Positions 1 to 8,912 of a stretch of DNA of 64,000 bases are shown here, piece after piece. Position numbers and translations under genes: made by a program. The notes under the pieces were generated by a model, which did no database searches, was not told where the DNA came from, and worked only from the letters and a program-made list of their open reading frames with translations. This DNA comes from Minisyncoccota bacterium. GTDB taxonomy: Bacteria; Patescibacteriota; Minisyncoccia; Phycocordibacterales; PALSA-1337. Location of the stretch: positions 19,296-83,295 of the forward strand of contig JBAZBL010000005.1 in assembly GCA_041671485.1 (NCBI GenBank), in the 5' to 3' direction. The first letter of the stretch is position 1; each line of letters starts with the position of its first letter.

Positions 1-662
1 TCTAACTTAAGTTTTGCTTTTGCCCATGCTTTCTGTTTCTCGGTGAGTAATTCACCCATACCAGAGAGAATATTACTATCATCAAACTTTTCCATCACTT
101 CAATACACTTTTTCAAAAAATCTACATACGAAACACCCATACGATCCTCAACAATTTTCTTATTAACTGACCAGTCGTGAGAAAGGAAAAACTGAACGTC
201 AAAAATATCACGGTTCGTCTTACCGATCCGTTCATACATAGCACAAAGCTTATGAGCAACCATGTCTTCTTTGACCATTACCTGCATAGAGATACCAAGG
301 AATGATTCCACTGCGTACTTTGAACCAAACTCCCTACGGTTTATTTCCACCTTAACGTTTTGAGCATTGATGTCCTTATTATCATAAGAGAGAATATAGA
401 GAAGATTGAATCTTTTTTTCTGTGCTTCTTTTAGGGTGCCATAACTTTCAATAATTGTCTTGACCCGTTCAAAAACATAGTCCTCTTTTCCTGAATCAAG
501 CAAATCAAAATCCAAATCCACTGAAAATCGGTTGAGATCATAGAACAATGTAGAGGCTGTCCCACCTTTAAACCCCAAGATCGGACCGATCGTTGGATCG
601 GTATAAATATCCTTGAGGATTTTTATGAGAATATTTTTATATTTTGAAGTATCAAGAGCCAT
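1..662 (-). CDS. AbiEii-family nucleotidyltransferase toxin (type IV TA), 3' end runs off window
   Basis: Manual translation from ATG at 662: MALDTSKYKNILIKILKDIY...GFKGGTA...LNRFSVDLDFD; KGGT and RFSxDLDF motifs; directly downstream of the AbiEi-like gene. Confidence 0.9.
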   Translation of the reverse strand, partial: MALDTSKYKNILIKILKDIYTDPTIGPILGFKGGTASTLFYDLNRFSVDLDFDLLDSGKEDYVFERVKTIIESYGTLKEAQKKRFNLLYILSYDNKDINAQNVKVEINRREFGSKYAVESFLGISMQVMVKEDMVAHKLCAMYERIGKTNRDIFDVQFFLSHDWSVNKKIVEDRMGVSYVDFLKKCIEVMEKFDDSNILSGMGELLTEKQKAWAKAKLKL

Positions 663-669
663 ATGATTA

Positions 670-1257
670 TTATTTTAGATTTTTCTTAAATTCTTCATGG
701 TACATTTTCACCATCTTGACCATTCGTTTATTGCCACCATAAATTGGCAAGATTTCATGTACTTTTTCCCAATTCAAAGACGAGAGATTATCAAAATGAT
801 AATCCTTGTTGAGATAGATAACATCCAAAAATGCTCTCTCGGGAGAAGCAATATTATAATTTTCTCTTGACTCTATCCCTGTCTGATTTGTGAGAATAGT
901 ATCTTTAATCTTTTTGAATGAGTGTTTCTGCCCGTCGCACTCAATTTCCTTGGTGGTATATGATGCAACAAAAATCTGACCATATAACTGGAAAGTAATT
1001 CCAGCAGCACCTAAAGCTGTCTCCATGCTGATATACGATGGAGTATATATTTTTGTAGCCAGCTCGTATTTATCGTAATTCTTGTCTTTTGAGTAAATAC
1101 CCCTGCGTATTGCATTCATTTTACCAGCTTTAACATAGCGGTGAATCTTTTTCTTTACAAAATTCACATCAGATTCTCCCCAAAGCAAAATAAGATCTTT
1201 AAAAGTAAAAACTGTTTTCTTGGATCTCATTAAGTCTAAAATGTAGTCTTTTTCCAT
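670..1257 (-). CDS. AbiEi-family antitoxin / transcriptional regulator
   Basis: N-terminal wHTH-like region (IRRGIY), PSYIS-ETAL and ASPERAFLD motifs; paired with the AbiEii gene. Confidence 0.85.
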   Translation of the reverse strand: MEKDYILDLMRSKKTVFTFKDLILLWGESDVNFVKKKIHRYVKAGKMNAIRRGIYSKDKNYDKYELATKIYTPSYISMETALGAAGITFQLYGQIFVASYTTKEIECDGQKHSFKKIKDTILTNQTGIESRENYNIASPERAFLDVIYLNKDYHFDNLSSLNWEKVHEILPIYGGNKRMVKMVKMYHEEFKKNLK

Positions 1258-1434
1258 GGTTCGATAGGCTCACCACAAGTAAATTGATGGTTTGTGCTAT
1301 ATTGGTACCCAAATATGGGTACCTTTGGTTTAAATTATAAGCTATACCAAAAATAATCGCAAGTACATGTACAGTTATACACACATTTGTTATCACGATT
1401 TATATTCCTGACTTTTATCACACCCTTGAATACA

Positions 1435-2427
1435 CTATTTTGCACGTTCCTCGTTTTGTCTTGCTAACTTGTTTTTAATCTCACTAATGAAAAAATCACG
1501 AAGCGTCATTGTACCAACAAGATTTTTATACTCTTCAGGTTCCACAAAAGCATCAATGATAATTTCAACATGCTCTTTTTTGAGCAAATAATATCTTTCC
1601 ATTACTGCTTTCCAGTCAGCATCAGTAAGATTTTTTTCCATTTTCAAGGGCGAGAGAGCAACACCACCACTTACATGACTTATATTATCCAAAAGTGTGC
1701 CTTTTTCTTTTAAATATTCATGCGCAGCAATAAAACAATATAGCTGGTCGACACGTAGTAGTTTCATAAATTGGTCCGCAGGTGATGATGTAACCTCCTC
1801 AGTACCTATAAACAATAGACCAAAACCTTCTGGAAAAACAGGTGACCACCCAGTATCATTTTCAAATGAATAGCCATGCCTTAGGAGAATAATCTTATCA
1901 ATATCAGTTCTCACAATGGCTGGACTGATATCTTCAGTCTCACTTCTTCCGTTCTCCCCAATCACACCACGAAGACTATCTTCGAAGTCTTGTCTGCTAT
2001 CGAATTTTGTTAATAAAGTATGGAATATACGACTGGTCCTTCCGTTTCCATCTGCAAAAAGATGTACAGCATTTATCACTGCGGGAAGTAGGTACGCCTC
2101 ATCTCCAAATTGGATTTTTTCTATTACTGCATATGCATCTGCTAGAATTGACTCCTTATCTTCTTGCCTCGGAACAAACGCTTCATCAAAACCTGACAAG
2201 TACACTGTTTCACCATCTGGCTTTCTATCATTTATCGGTATATCACGAGCTATACCATTAACACGAACAACAAATTCTTTAAATTCCTCAAAGGATGGTT
2301 TTTCTTCTTTACGCAAGAGTAAGCGTTGAACGTATTCATACGCACTTATCCTATTGAGAAAACTAACTACTTTTTCAACCTGTTGCATTCGGAACTGTTG
2401 CTCATCTATTTCAACAGGTTTTTCCAT
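1435..2427 (-). CDS. Fic/DOC domain protein
   Basis: HLFADGNGRTSR matches the Fic motif HxFx(D/E)GNGRxxR. Confidence 0.85.
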   Translation of the reverse strand: MEKPVEIDEQQFRMQQVEKVVSFLNRISAYEYVQRLLLRKEEKPSFEEFKEFVVRVNGIARDIPINDRKPDGETVYLSGFDEAFVPRQEDKESILADAYAVIEKIQFGDEAYLLPAVINAVHLFADGNGRTSRIFHTLLTKFDSRQDFEDSLRGVIGENGRSETEDISPAIVRTDIDKIILLRHGYSFENDTGWSPVFPEGFGLLFIGTEEVTSSPADQFMKLLRVDQLYCFIAAHEYLKEKGTLLDNISHVSGGVALSPLKMEKNLTDADWKAVMERYYLLKKEHVEIIIDAFVEPEEYKNLVGTMTLRDFFISEIKNKLARQNEERAK

Positions 2428-2495
2428 ACAAAAATCATATCAGGTTAGAACTGAAAAGTCATTGTGCAACTTATCTATTTTTACGAAATTCCCGT

Positions 2496-2635
2496 TTGGG
2501 TGCCGTCGTAGAGGATGTCAGAACTGTGTTTGAAAGAAGGAATGATGCGAGTATCTATATTCCTGTTTTTTACCCCACCCCGTAATACACTATATAAAAA
2601 GACAAACCGCAGATTTTACTCTGCGGTTGTTTGAA
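2496..2635 (+). repeat. ~140-bp repeat copy 1: att-like core TGGGTGCCG, short peptide tail, terminator hairpin
   Basis: Aligns by eye with 3021-3163; + frame reads GAVVEDVRTVFERRNDASIYIPVFYPTP*; followed by AAACCGCAG...CTGCGGTT hairpin. Confidence 0.85.
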
Positions 2636-2649
2636 ACCAAATAATCCCC

Positions 2650-2856
2650 TCACTGAACATCGAATCGATTGAAACCTAATCGAAAGTAAGGTGAGTGGCG
2701 ACTCATGAGGACTCGTGACATCTGTTTGCCTTCGGCGGCTTTCTTACCACGTTCCCATGAAATGATTGCTCCTTCTGGAAATGGAGCTGTTGTTGGACAG
2801 GACTTTGTGTGTGGTTCATTTTTAGCACCACAGTACTGACATATCTGCTCATTCAT
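2650..2856 (-). CDS. small hypothetical protein with CxxC..H..C (possible Zn-binding)
   Basis: ATG at 2856 (MNEQICQYCGAKNEPHTKSC); TTGACT-17-TATCTT promoter upstream and hairpin downstream. Confidence 0.6.
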   Translation of the reverse strand: MNEQICQYCGAKNEPHTKSCPTTAPFPEGAIISWERGKKAAEGKQMSRVLMSRHSPYFRLGFNRFDVQ

Positions 2857-3020
2857 AGAAGTAACGATTTGCTGGTTGTTGTTAAGTGCTACGAAAACTG
2901 CCAACTAACAAGATAGCACGGATTACATATTTAGTCAAATCGTGGGTGCACTGCTCGCCTCTTTCAGAGGCTCCCAGCACACACCAAAAATATATTCGCT
3001 CACTTTGTGAGCTCATTATT

Positions 3021-3163
3021 TTTGGGTGCCGTAGTGGAGGATGTTAGAACTGTTTTCGAGAGGAGGAATGATGCGACTGTGTACATTCCAACACTTTACC
3101 CCACCCTGTAATTCACTATATAAAAGGCAAACCGCAGAGAGAGTGATCTCACTGCGGTTGTTG
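3021..3163 (+). repeat. ~140-bp repeat copy 2: att-like core, peptide tail, terminator hairpin
   Basis: Reads GAVVEDVRTVFERRNDATVYIPTLYPTL*; differences from copy 1 are largely synonymous or conservative. Confidence 0.85.
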
Positions 3164-3180
3164 ATATAAATACGTCATCC

Positions 3181-3690
3181 TTACTCAGTAAGCTCGTGGA
3201 GACTTCGGAGCTCCTGTCCTTTCTTCTCTTCGAGGTACTTTGCGAGAGATGTGTGACAACGTTTGGGGAGACGGTGAAGAATGGCAACCCAATTAGCAAC
3301 ATGGAGAATGTATCTTGTTCTTTCTGCGCCCGGTATCCGCTTAAGGGCATTCTCGACCGTCTCGCAGAAATCTTCTTCGTCATATTTTACAGACCAACCT
3401 AGCAGGAAGGGCCACCTCCAAGTGAAACAAGGGAAAGCATAAGCTCTCCTCCTGACGCCCACCTTGCCAAGAACTTCTCCTTTTCCGTCAATTAACAACA
3501 ATTTGTGAATGCTCTTGAAAGGAACAAACCAGTGTTGATTACTTCCAATATGTTCTCCCCAAGGAGTGAGCTTCAGTGTTTGCCAGTCGATGACCTGCAC
3601 ATAAAACTCATATACATCTTCGTGAAGAAGTTCGGGTAACCATTGGTACTCCTTTTTTAGGATCGTGCGTGTTTCGTCGTTCAGTTTCAT
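3181..3690 (-). CDS. hypothetical protein
   Basis: Long ORF; ATG at 3690 preceded by AAGGAG; TTGACA-17-TAAACT promoter at ~3803-3831. Confidence 0.65.
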   Translation of the reverse strand: MKLNDETRTILKKEYQWLPELLHEDVYEFYVQVIDWQTLKLTPWGEHIGSNQHWFVPFKSIHKLLLIDGKGEVLGKVGVRRRAYAFPCFTWRWPFLLGWSVKYDEEDFCETVENALKRIPGAERTRYILHVANWVAILHRLPKRCHTSLAKYLEEKKGQELRSLHELTE

Positions 3691-3840
3691 TATTTCTCCT
3701 TGCGGCATCCCGCCGCTTTACGCAACCTTGGCATCCCGCCTTGATTGCTGGATTTTGCTGTATTTGAAAAGACCAAGCACACTCATGCTAAGTCTGTGGA
3801 ATAGTTTATCATTGTTTGATTCTTTTGTCAATGGGTGCCG

Positions 3841-4908
3841 CTTGAATTCTAGCCTGAAACGCAACACCTCCCTAGAGTAGAATAGCGGTATACCATTACC
3901 AGCCATTAACACTAAGGAGATGTCGCATACACAATTTAACAGAGACACTAGGATTGAGCTAGCAGTTCTTTTGAATGCTAGAAAGAGCCAGACGGACTGT
4001 GCAAGCATTTTAGGTATGCACAGGACTAACATATGTGGAGAGATTAATCGAAACAAAGATCCAGACGGAATATACAGAGGTGGTCATGCGCACAAGCGTG
4101 CTCTAGCTAGAAGAAAAGCAGCAAAGAAAAAGTTCCGTAAGATCGAGAATGATTCTGATCTACAAAAATACATCTTAGCCAAGACGAGGAAGTATTGGTC
4201 GCCAGAACAGATCTCCGGACGATTGAAAAAGCTATGCAGAGGATTTGCGATCATCTCACACGAACCAATATACCAGTACATATACAATGAGAGACCTGAC
4301 CTGATCAAGTACCTACGACATCAGAAGTGCAAGTATCGTAAGAAAAGAGGTTCGAGAGCTCGTATAGAGCTTGCTAGAGCCATTAAGGTTAAGAGGATTG
4401 AAATGAGACCGGAAGTGGTCAATGAACGCTCTAGGATCGGAGATTGGGAAAATGATACAGTAATCGGCAAAGAAAAAAATCAGAGGGCATTGACATATGT
4501 TGAACGAAAAAGTGGGTATGGAGTAGCAAACAAATTAGATGTGGTGACTGCGGAAATTGTTCATCAGAAGGAAGTTGAGATGTTCAAAAATATTCCAAAA
4601 GAAAAACGACTGACGGTTACAAGAGACAACGGATCAGAATTTGGAGATTACGACAGTACACTTGAGAGAAAGACTGGAATGGATGTGTACCGCGCGAATG
4701 CATATCATTCCTGGGAACGTGGTAGTAATGAAAATTGGAACGGACTCTTCAGACAGTTCTTTCCTAAAGGAATGTACTTTGCTACAGTTACTCAGTACCA
4801 GATCGACAAAGCTGTAAAGCTTCTGAACGATCGGCCGAGAAAACGGCTAAACTATTCAACGCCGAGGGAAGTGTTTAAAGGGTGTAGCGATTCAAGCTAG
4901 AACTTAAG
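3841..4908 (+). mobile_element. IS30-family insertion sequence (~1.07 kb)
   Basis: Imperfect ~28-bp terminal inverted repeats CTTGAATTCTAGCCTGAAACGCAACACC / GGTGTAGCGATTCAAGCTAGAACTTAAG flank the transposase; no clear target duplication. Confidence 0.9.
3920..4900 (+). CDS. IS30-family transposase
   Basis: WSPEQISGRL, ISHEPIYQYIY, GDWENDTV, TRDNGSEF, SWERGSNEN and LNDRPRKRL motifs (DDE). Confidence 0.95.
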   Translation: MSHTQFNRDTRIELAVLLNARKSQTDCASILGMHRTNICGEINRNKDPDGIYRGGHAHKRALARRKAAKKKFRKIENDSDLQKYILAKTRKYWSPEQISGRLKKLCRGFAIISHEPIYQYIYNERPDLIKYLRHQKCKYRKKRGSRARIELARAIKVKRIEMRPEVVNERSRIGDWENDTVIGKEKNQRALTYVERKSGYGVANKLDVVTAEIVHQKEVEMFKNIPKEKRLTVTRDNGSEFGDYDSTLERKTGMDVYRANAYHSWERGSNENWNGLFRQFFPKGMYFATVTQYQIDKAVKLLNDRPRKRLNYSTPREVFKGCSDSS

Positions 4909-5037
4909 TTACAGTGCAGTAAGTTTGGGCTTTACTTGATAGACTAATCTACTAGCATCAAAAGGTAGGATTGGAATATATAAATAAGAAGCCCCACGGA
5001 AGTGAGACTTCAAGTGGGACTACAAACAACAAACAAA

Positions 5038-5292
5038 CTAGTGACACGTGTTGATGAAAGTGGCAATATTCAGTGCCACTTCCGTCAATTCTCCTTCTGA
5101 GCTGTTGACGATATCAACCTCGTTGATACGCTTGCTACAGACATTCTGTTGCAAACCACTCAAGGTTGCATCGTCATTTACAGCAGCAAATATCATACTG
5201 ATAAAGCTGTGACGGCGACCATCAAATGCATGACGGTCGATATTTGAAGTCTCATGGACAAAGTCCTTTGCTGTTTTTCTTTCATTAGCCAT
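5038..5292 (-). CDS. hypothetical protein
   Basis: 84-aa ORF with AAGGA upstream, TTGACA promoter at ~5335-5364, hairpin at 4988-5012. Confidence 0.6.
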   Translation of the reverse strand: MANERKTAKDFVHETSNIDRHAFDGRRHSFISMIFAAVNDDATLSGLQQNVCSKRINEVDIVNSSEGELTEVALNIATFINTCH

Positions 5293-5485
5293 AGCTTTTT
5301 CCTTTCGTATACAGGGTTAAATTTTCTGCTACAATAGTAGCATATACTAGGTATATTTGTCAAGTGTGGACTTAGTGAGCCAAAGTTGGAACCAACTATA
5401 TCCTTGGGTTTTTGCGGTTGCTGTGGTATTTTATAGTCAAAAACTAGAGTGATAAATACTTATTAGATTTGAAATGTTACCTAAT

Positions 5486-5884
5486 TCATCTTCTATTTTT
5501 GAGAATTGAGATTACGGATATAATAATCGTTATTACTAATATCGATGGTAATATTGTAATTAAATAATTTACATACTCAAAATAATTTGGACAGTTACCA
5601 AAACAAGCAAACAGTCTTGAAATTAAGTAAATAATTAGCCCCACCACAAATATAATTAAAGATATATCGCTACTTCTGTTGATATTTGTTGGCTTTATTC
5701 CATAATAAAAGTAGAAAAGTCCCAAATATAATGAGGCTGCCAGAATAATCACACTAGTATAATACCTTGGATAAGTTATATGAGAAAAGTAATATGAGAT
5801 ATCATCAGAAATAACACTGATAAAAAAACAACCAAAATAAATCAAGACTGCGACACCAATAAATCTATATATCCGTTTTTTCAT
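5486..5884 (-). CDS. hypothetical membrane protein (~4 TM)
   Basis: Hydrophobic segments; TGGTATACT extended -10 just upstream of ATG. Confidence 0.7.
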   Translation of the reverse strand: MKKRIYRFIGVAVLIYFGCFFISVISDDISYYFSHITYPRYYTSVIILAASLYLGLFYFYYGIKPTNINRSSDISLIIFVVGLIIYLISRLFACFGNCPNYFEYVNYLITILPSILVITIIISVISILKNRR

Positions 5885-5924
5885 ATATTAAAGTATACCA
5901 AATTTAAATTAAATAGCAGCCTAA

Positions 5925-6389
5925 TTATTTCCCTTTCTGTGTAACAAAATGATTTTTAGCCCAATCTGTCTCTAAATAATTTAATAGTGTCTTATCGCCC
6001 AATTTTATCGCTAGATCTCTATAGCAATAATCTTTGACAGATCCAGTTTTTCGCGGATCATCCCATTCTACCGAAGGATCTACATCAGAATTAAAGTTAT
6101 TTATTAACTCACATAATTGAGAATTATTTGTGTTATAAGCTATTACTTTCACACATTTTTCTCTACAAATGTTCTGATAATAAGGATCTTGAAGACCATT
6201 TTCCTTGATAAATTCACACATTAAAGGATTTGATTGTCTTATTGCTTCAGCATTCGAATCAAAACATCCATTCCAACCATTTGTGGTAAGTAAAAAATAA
6301 GGATGTGAAATTTGAAAATAGATAAAGCTAATTACAATTAGTAAGATTAGTAAAACAACAAATAAAATTAATAACTTTTTATTTTTCAT
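5925..6389 (-). CDS. Cys-rich membrane-anchored hypothetical protein
   Basis: N-terminal TM helix; repeated C..C..lA....D..LC pattern. Confidence 0.7.
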   Translation of the reverse strand: MKNKKLLILFVVLLILLIVISFIYFQISHPYFLLTTNGWNGCFDSNAEAIRQSNPLMCEFIKENGLQDPYYQNICREKCVKVIAYNTNNSQLCELINNFNSDVDPSVEWDDPRKTGSVKDYCYRDLAIKLGDKTLLNYLETDWAKNHFVTQKGK

Positions 6390-6399
6390 ATATCATATA

Positions 6400-6654
6400 T
6401 CATATCAATCTTTTATTCCTAAAAGCAAATCCTGAACTAGATTTCAAATACATTTCAAAATTAAGAGCTTTGTTCTTTGAGGAAAAAGCTGCATACCATG
6501 CGACCACAAAAGGAGCTTTGCTAGATGAATATCTAACTTCTTTTCTATTGTGTTTTTCTATTCTCTTCTTCAAATTTTGAGTCGAACCTATATAATAACT
6601 GTCATCTTTTTGACTTTTCAATATATAGCAATAATACATATTTGCATGATTCAA
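6400..6654 (-). CDS. small GIY-YIG nuclease family protein
   Basis: YCYILKS...YYIGSTQNLKKRIEKHN...A..FE.YLKS motifs. Confidence 0.9.
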   Translation of the reverse strand: MNHANMYYCYILKSQKDDSYYIGSTQNLKKRIEKHNRKEVRYSSSKAPFVVAWYAAFSSKNKALNFEMYLKSSSGFAFRNKRLI

Positions 6655-6725
6655 ATTATTTGTTTAATTGTATTTGTTTAATATTGGTGCTTGCACCGCG
6701 AAGCTCCGGCGAAGCCGGAGCGAAG

Positions 6726-7092
6726 TGGTGGAGATGCCGGGAGTTGAACCCGGGTGCAATCGGTATGCATCGAACGATTCTACGGCGATAGAATTCTTTG
6801 AAGTTTAACTAGTGGTGTTAGGAAAGAAAACAAAACGCACCATAGCGATCTCTAGAGCTTCAGGAAATAAAGTGAGAAACCTTACTTCCCTACATCCAGA
6901 TAATTACGCCTTTCTAAGAGTCAGGATCCCCCCTAGTAGACGCGCTCTTTAAACAAGAGCGAATGCAAATTCCTTGGCTCCGAAATACGGAGAAACGGTT
7001 GATTTAGCATCTATATTTGCATCGGATTTAGAAGTCGATACTGCTTCCGCCGCACGAATGAACATAGTCAATTGTCTATGCCTGTCATCCCC
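6726..7092 (-). ncRNA. ssrA: tmRNA
   Basis: 5' GGGGATGACAGG; 3' T-arm CCCGGGTTCAACTCCCGGCATCTCCACCA; internal tag ORF; 3 nt downstream of smpB stop. Confidence 0.93.
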
Positions 7093-7095
7093 TTT

Positions 7096-7542
7096 TCAAC
7101 GATCTTTCATAACCCTTCTCGACTCAATATCAGCCTCGCGTTTCTTTATCGTATTTCTCTTATCATATTTCTTTTTTCCTCTCACGATAGCGAGTCCTAC
7201 CTTGATTCGATTATTCTTAGTATAAATCGAAATTGGCACTATTGTCAAGCCCTTACCACCATCAATATCAGCAAACTTCTTTATTTCATCTTTTGTGAGT
7301 AATAATTTGCGATTCCTGCGAGATTCATAATCTTTCGGCGTATTATTTTCTTGATAAGCTGGTATGAGAATATTTATTGCATACGCTTCCCCGCCACGAA
7401 TGATCACATATGCACCATCCAAAGAGCCATGACTTGATTTCAAGGATTTTACTTCAAAGCCAAGAAGTTCGATACCAGCTTCTATAGTATCCATAACTTC
7501 ATAGTTGAATCTCACTTTTCTATTTTCTATAAGCGTAGCCAT
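7096..7542 (-). CDS. smpB: SsrA-binding protein
   Basis: ENRKVRFNY, EAGIELLGFEVKS, RGKKKYDKR; likely start at ATG 7542. Confidence 0.97.
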   Translation of the reverse strand: MATLIENRKVRFNYEVMDTIEAGIELLGFEVKSLKSSHGSLDGAYVIIRGGEAYAINILIPAYQENNTPKDYESRRNRKLLLTKDEIKKFADIDGGKGLTIVPISIYTKNNRIKVGLAIVRGKKKYDKRNTIKKREADIESRRVMKDR

Positions 7543-7619
7543 GTATATATCGTACGTCAAAAATACATATTTTGGAAGAAGTAACTTGCTACAGACTCTC
7601 TTTGGCATATAATGATCTT

Positions 7620-8702
7620 ATGTCATACGAAACAAAGTGGACTCTTTATTCTGACAACAATAAAGCATGGGAATCAATTCTCGCAGATTGTTCCAAAGCC
7701 AAAGAAAGTATATCTCTCGAACAATTCATTTTCGTTAATGATGATTTTGGCAAGAAGCTTATAAATGTATGTACAGAGAGGGCTTCAAAAGGTGTGGAAG
7801 TTCGCTTCCTCTGGGATGCTGCTGGTAGCTTCACTTTATGGGGCTCAAATATTGCCAACGAATTGAGAAACAAGGGGGTCAAACTACTATTCTGGAAAAC
7901 TCTTATTCCGGGGTATTTCAAAATACCAAGTTGGCGTTCTTGGTTTTTGCGCAATCATAGAAGGACTTTGGTAATAGACAGAAAAGTAGGATATACAGGT
8001 AGTATATGTGTGGATGAAAATCTCAAGGATTGGCGTGATACAAATGTTCGCATCGAAGGAGGTACTATAGCAAAACAGATGGAAAATGCTTTCGATAGGA
8101 TGTGGGCACGTGCAGAAAAGTCGAGACCATTGCCAATGAAACTCCATTATCGTGATAGTGATTTTCGCTACGTTACAAACAATCCTTCACCTGGTAGAAG
8201 ATTCTTGTACCGAGCATTCATAAAGGCTATAAAAAATGCAGAAAATCATATTTATATAACAACACCATATTTTATTCCTACTCATCGTATGGTAAGACTA
8301 TTAAAGAAAGCTTCTGAACGTGGAATTGATGTAAGAATAATACTACCTCAAAAATCAGATCATCGTATTGTTGACATGGCTTCACGTTCATATTTCACTA
8401 CTCTACTCGAATCAAATATCAAGATCTATCTGTATCAAGGCAATATGATTCATGACAAAATTATGACCGTTGACAACAAATGGGCTTCTATCGGATCTAT
8501 GAATTTGGATCGTATCAGTCTCCTATATAATTTTGAGGCAAATATCGTATCTGCAGACTCTGATTTTGCAAGAGAAGTTACAAAGCATTTCATGGACAAT
8601 CTGGATCAATCCCGTAAAGTTGTTCTCCAAGAATGGCGCAGGAGATTTTTCATAAAGAAGCTTATAGAAATCCCAATAAAACTTATTAGGAAGTTTTTGT
8701 AA
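7620..8702 (+). CDS. phospholipase D superfamily, cardiolipin synthase-like
   Basis: Two HKD-type motifs (HRRTLVID, HDKIMTVD), ITTPYFIP, GSMNLD; no N-terminal TM segments. Confidence 0.88.
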   Translation: MSYETKWTLYSDNNKAWESILADCSKAKESISLEQFIFVNDDFGKKLINVCTERASKGVEVRFLWDAAGSFTLWGSNIANELRNKGVKLLFWKTLIPGYFKIPSWRSWFLRNHRRTLVIDRKVGYTGSICVDENLKDWRDTNVRIEGGTIAKQMENAFDRMWARAEKSRPLPMKLHYRDSDFRYVTNNPSPGRRFLYRAFIKAIKNAENHIYITTPYFIPTHRMVRLLKKASERGIDVRIILPQKSDHRIVDMASRSYFTTLLESNIKIYLYQGNMIHDKIMTVDNKWASIGSMNLDRISLLYNFEANIVSADSDFAREVTKHFMDNLDQSRKVVLQEWRRRFFIKKLIEIPIKLIRKFL

Positions 8703-8732
8703 GTCTAAGTTGAATAAATCAAAATATCACCC

Positions 8733-8853
8733 CACTCAAGAATATTCATTCTGAGAAATGTCCACAGGCGATTTTTAGCAAAAAATCGCCGAGGATTAGG
8801 AAAATTTCCTGCAGGAAATTTTCCGCGTTTCTCAGAATGAATATTCTTGAGTG
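8733..8853 (+). repeat. nested palindromic element with 26-bp perfect terminal inverted repeat
   Basis: CACTCAAGAATATTCATTCTGAGAAA and its exact reverse complement enclose two inner hairpins. Confidence 0.85.
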
Positions 8854-8912
8854 AGGTTATTCAATACCTTGATTATATTAATACACTATGCTATAAATAT
8901 CCTTGTAATCCT

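Noticed and set aside
2496-3163. CRISPR array or classical integron
   Set aside because: Only two long copies with gene-sized spacing; no cas or intI gene; no attC GTTRRRY/RYYYAAC pattern recognised
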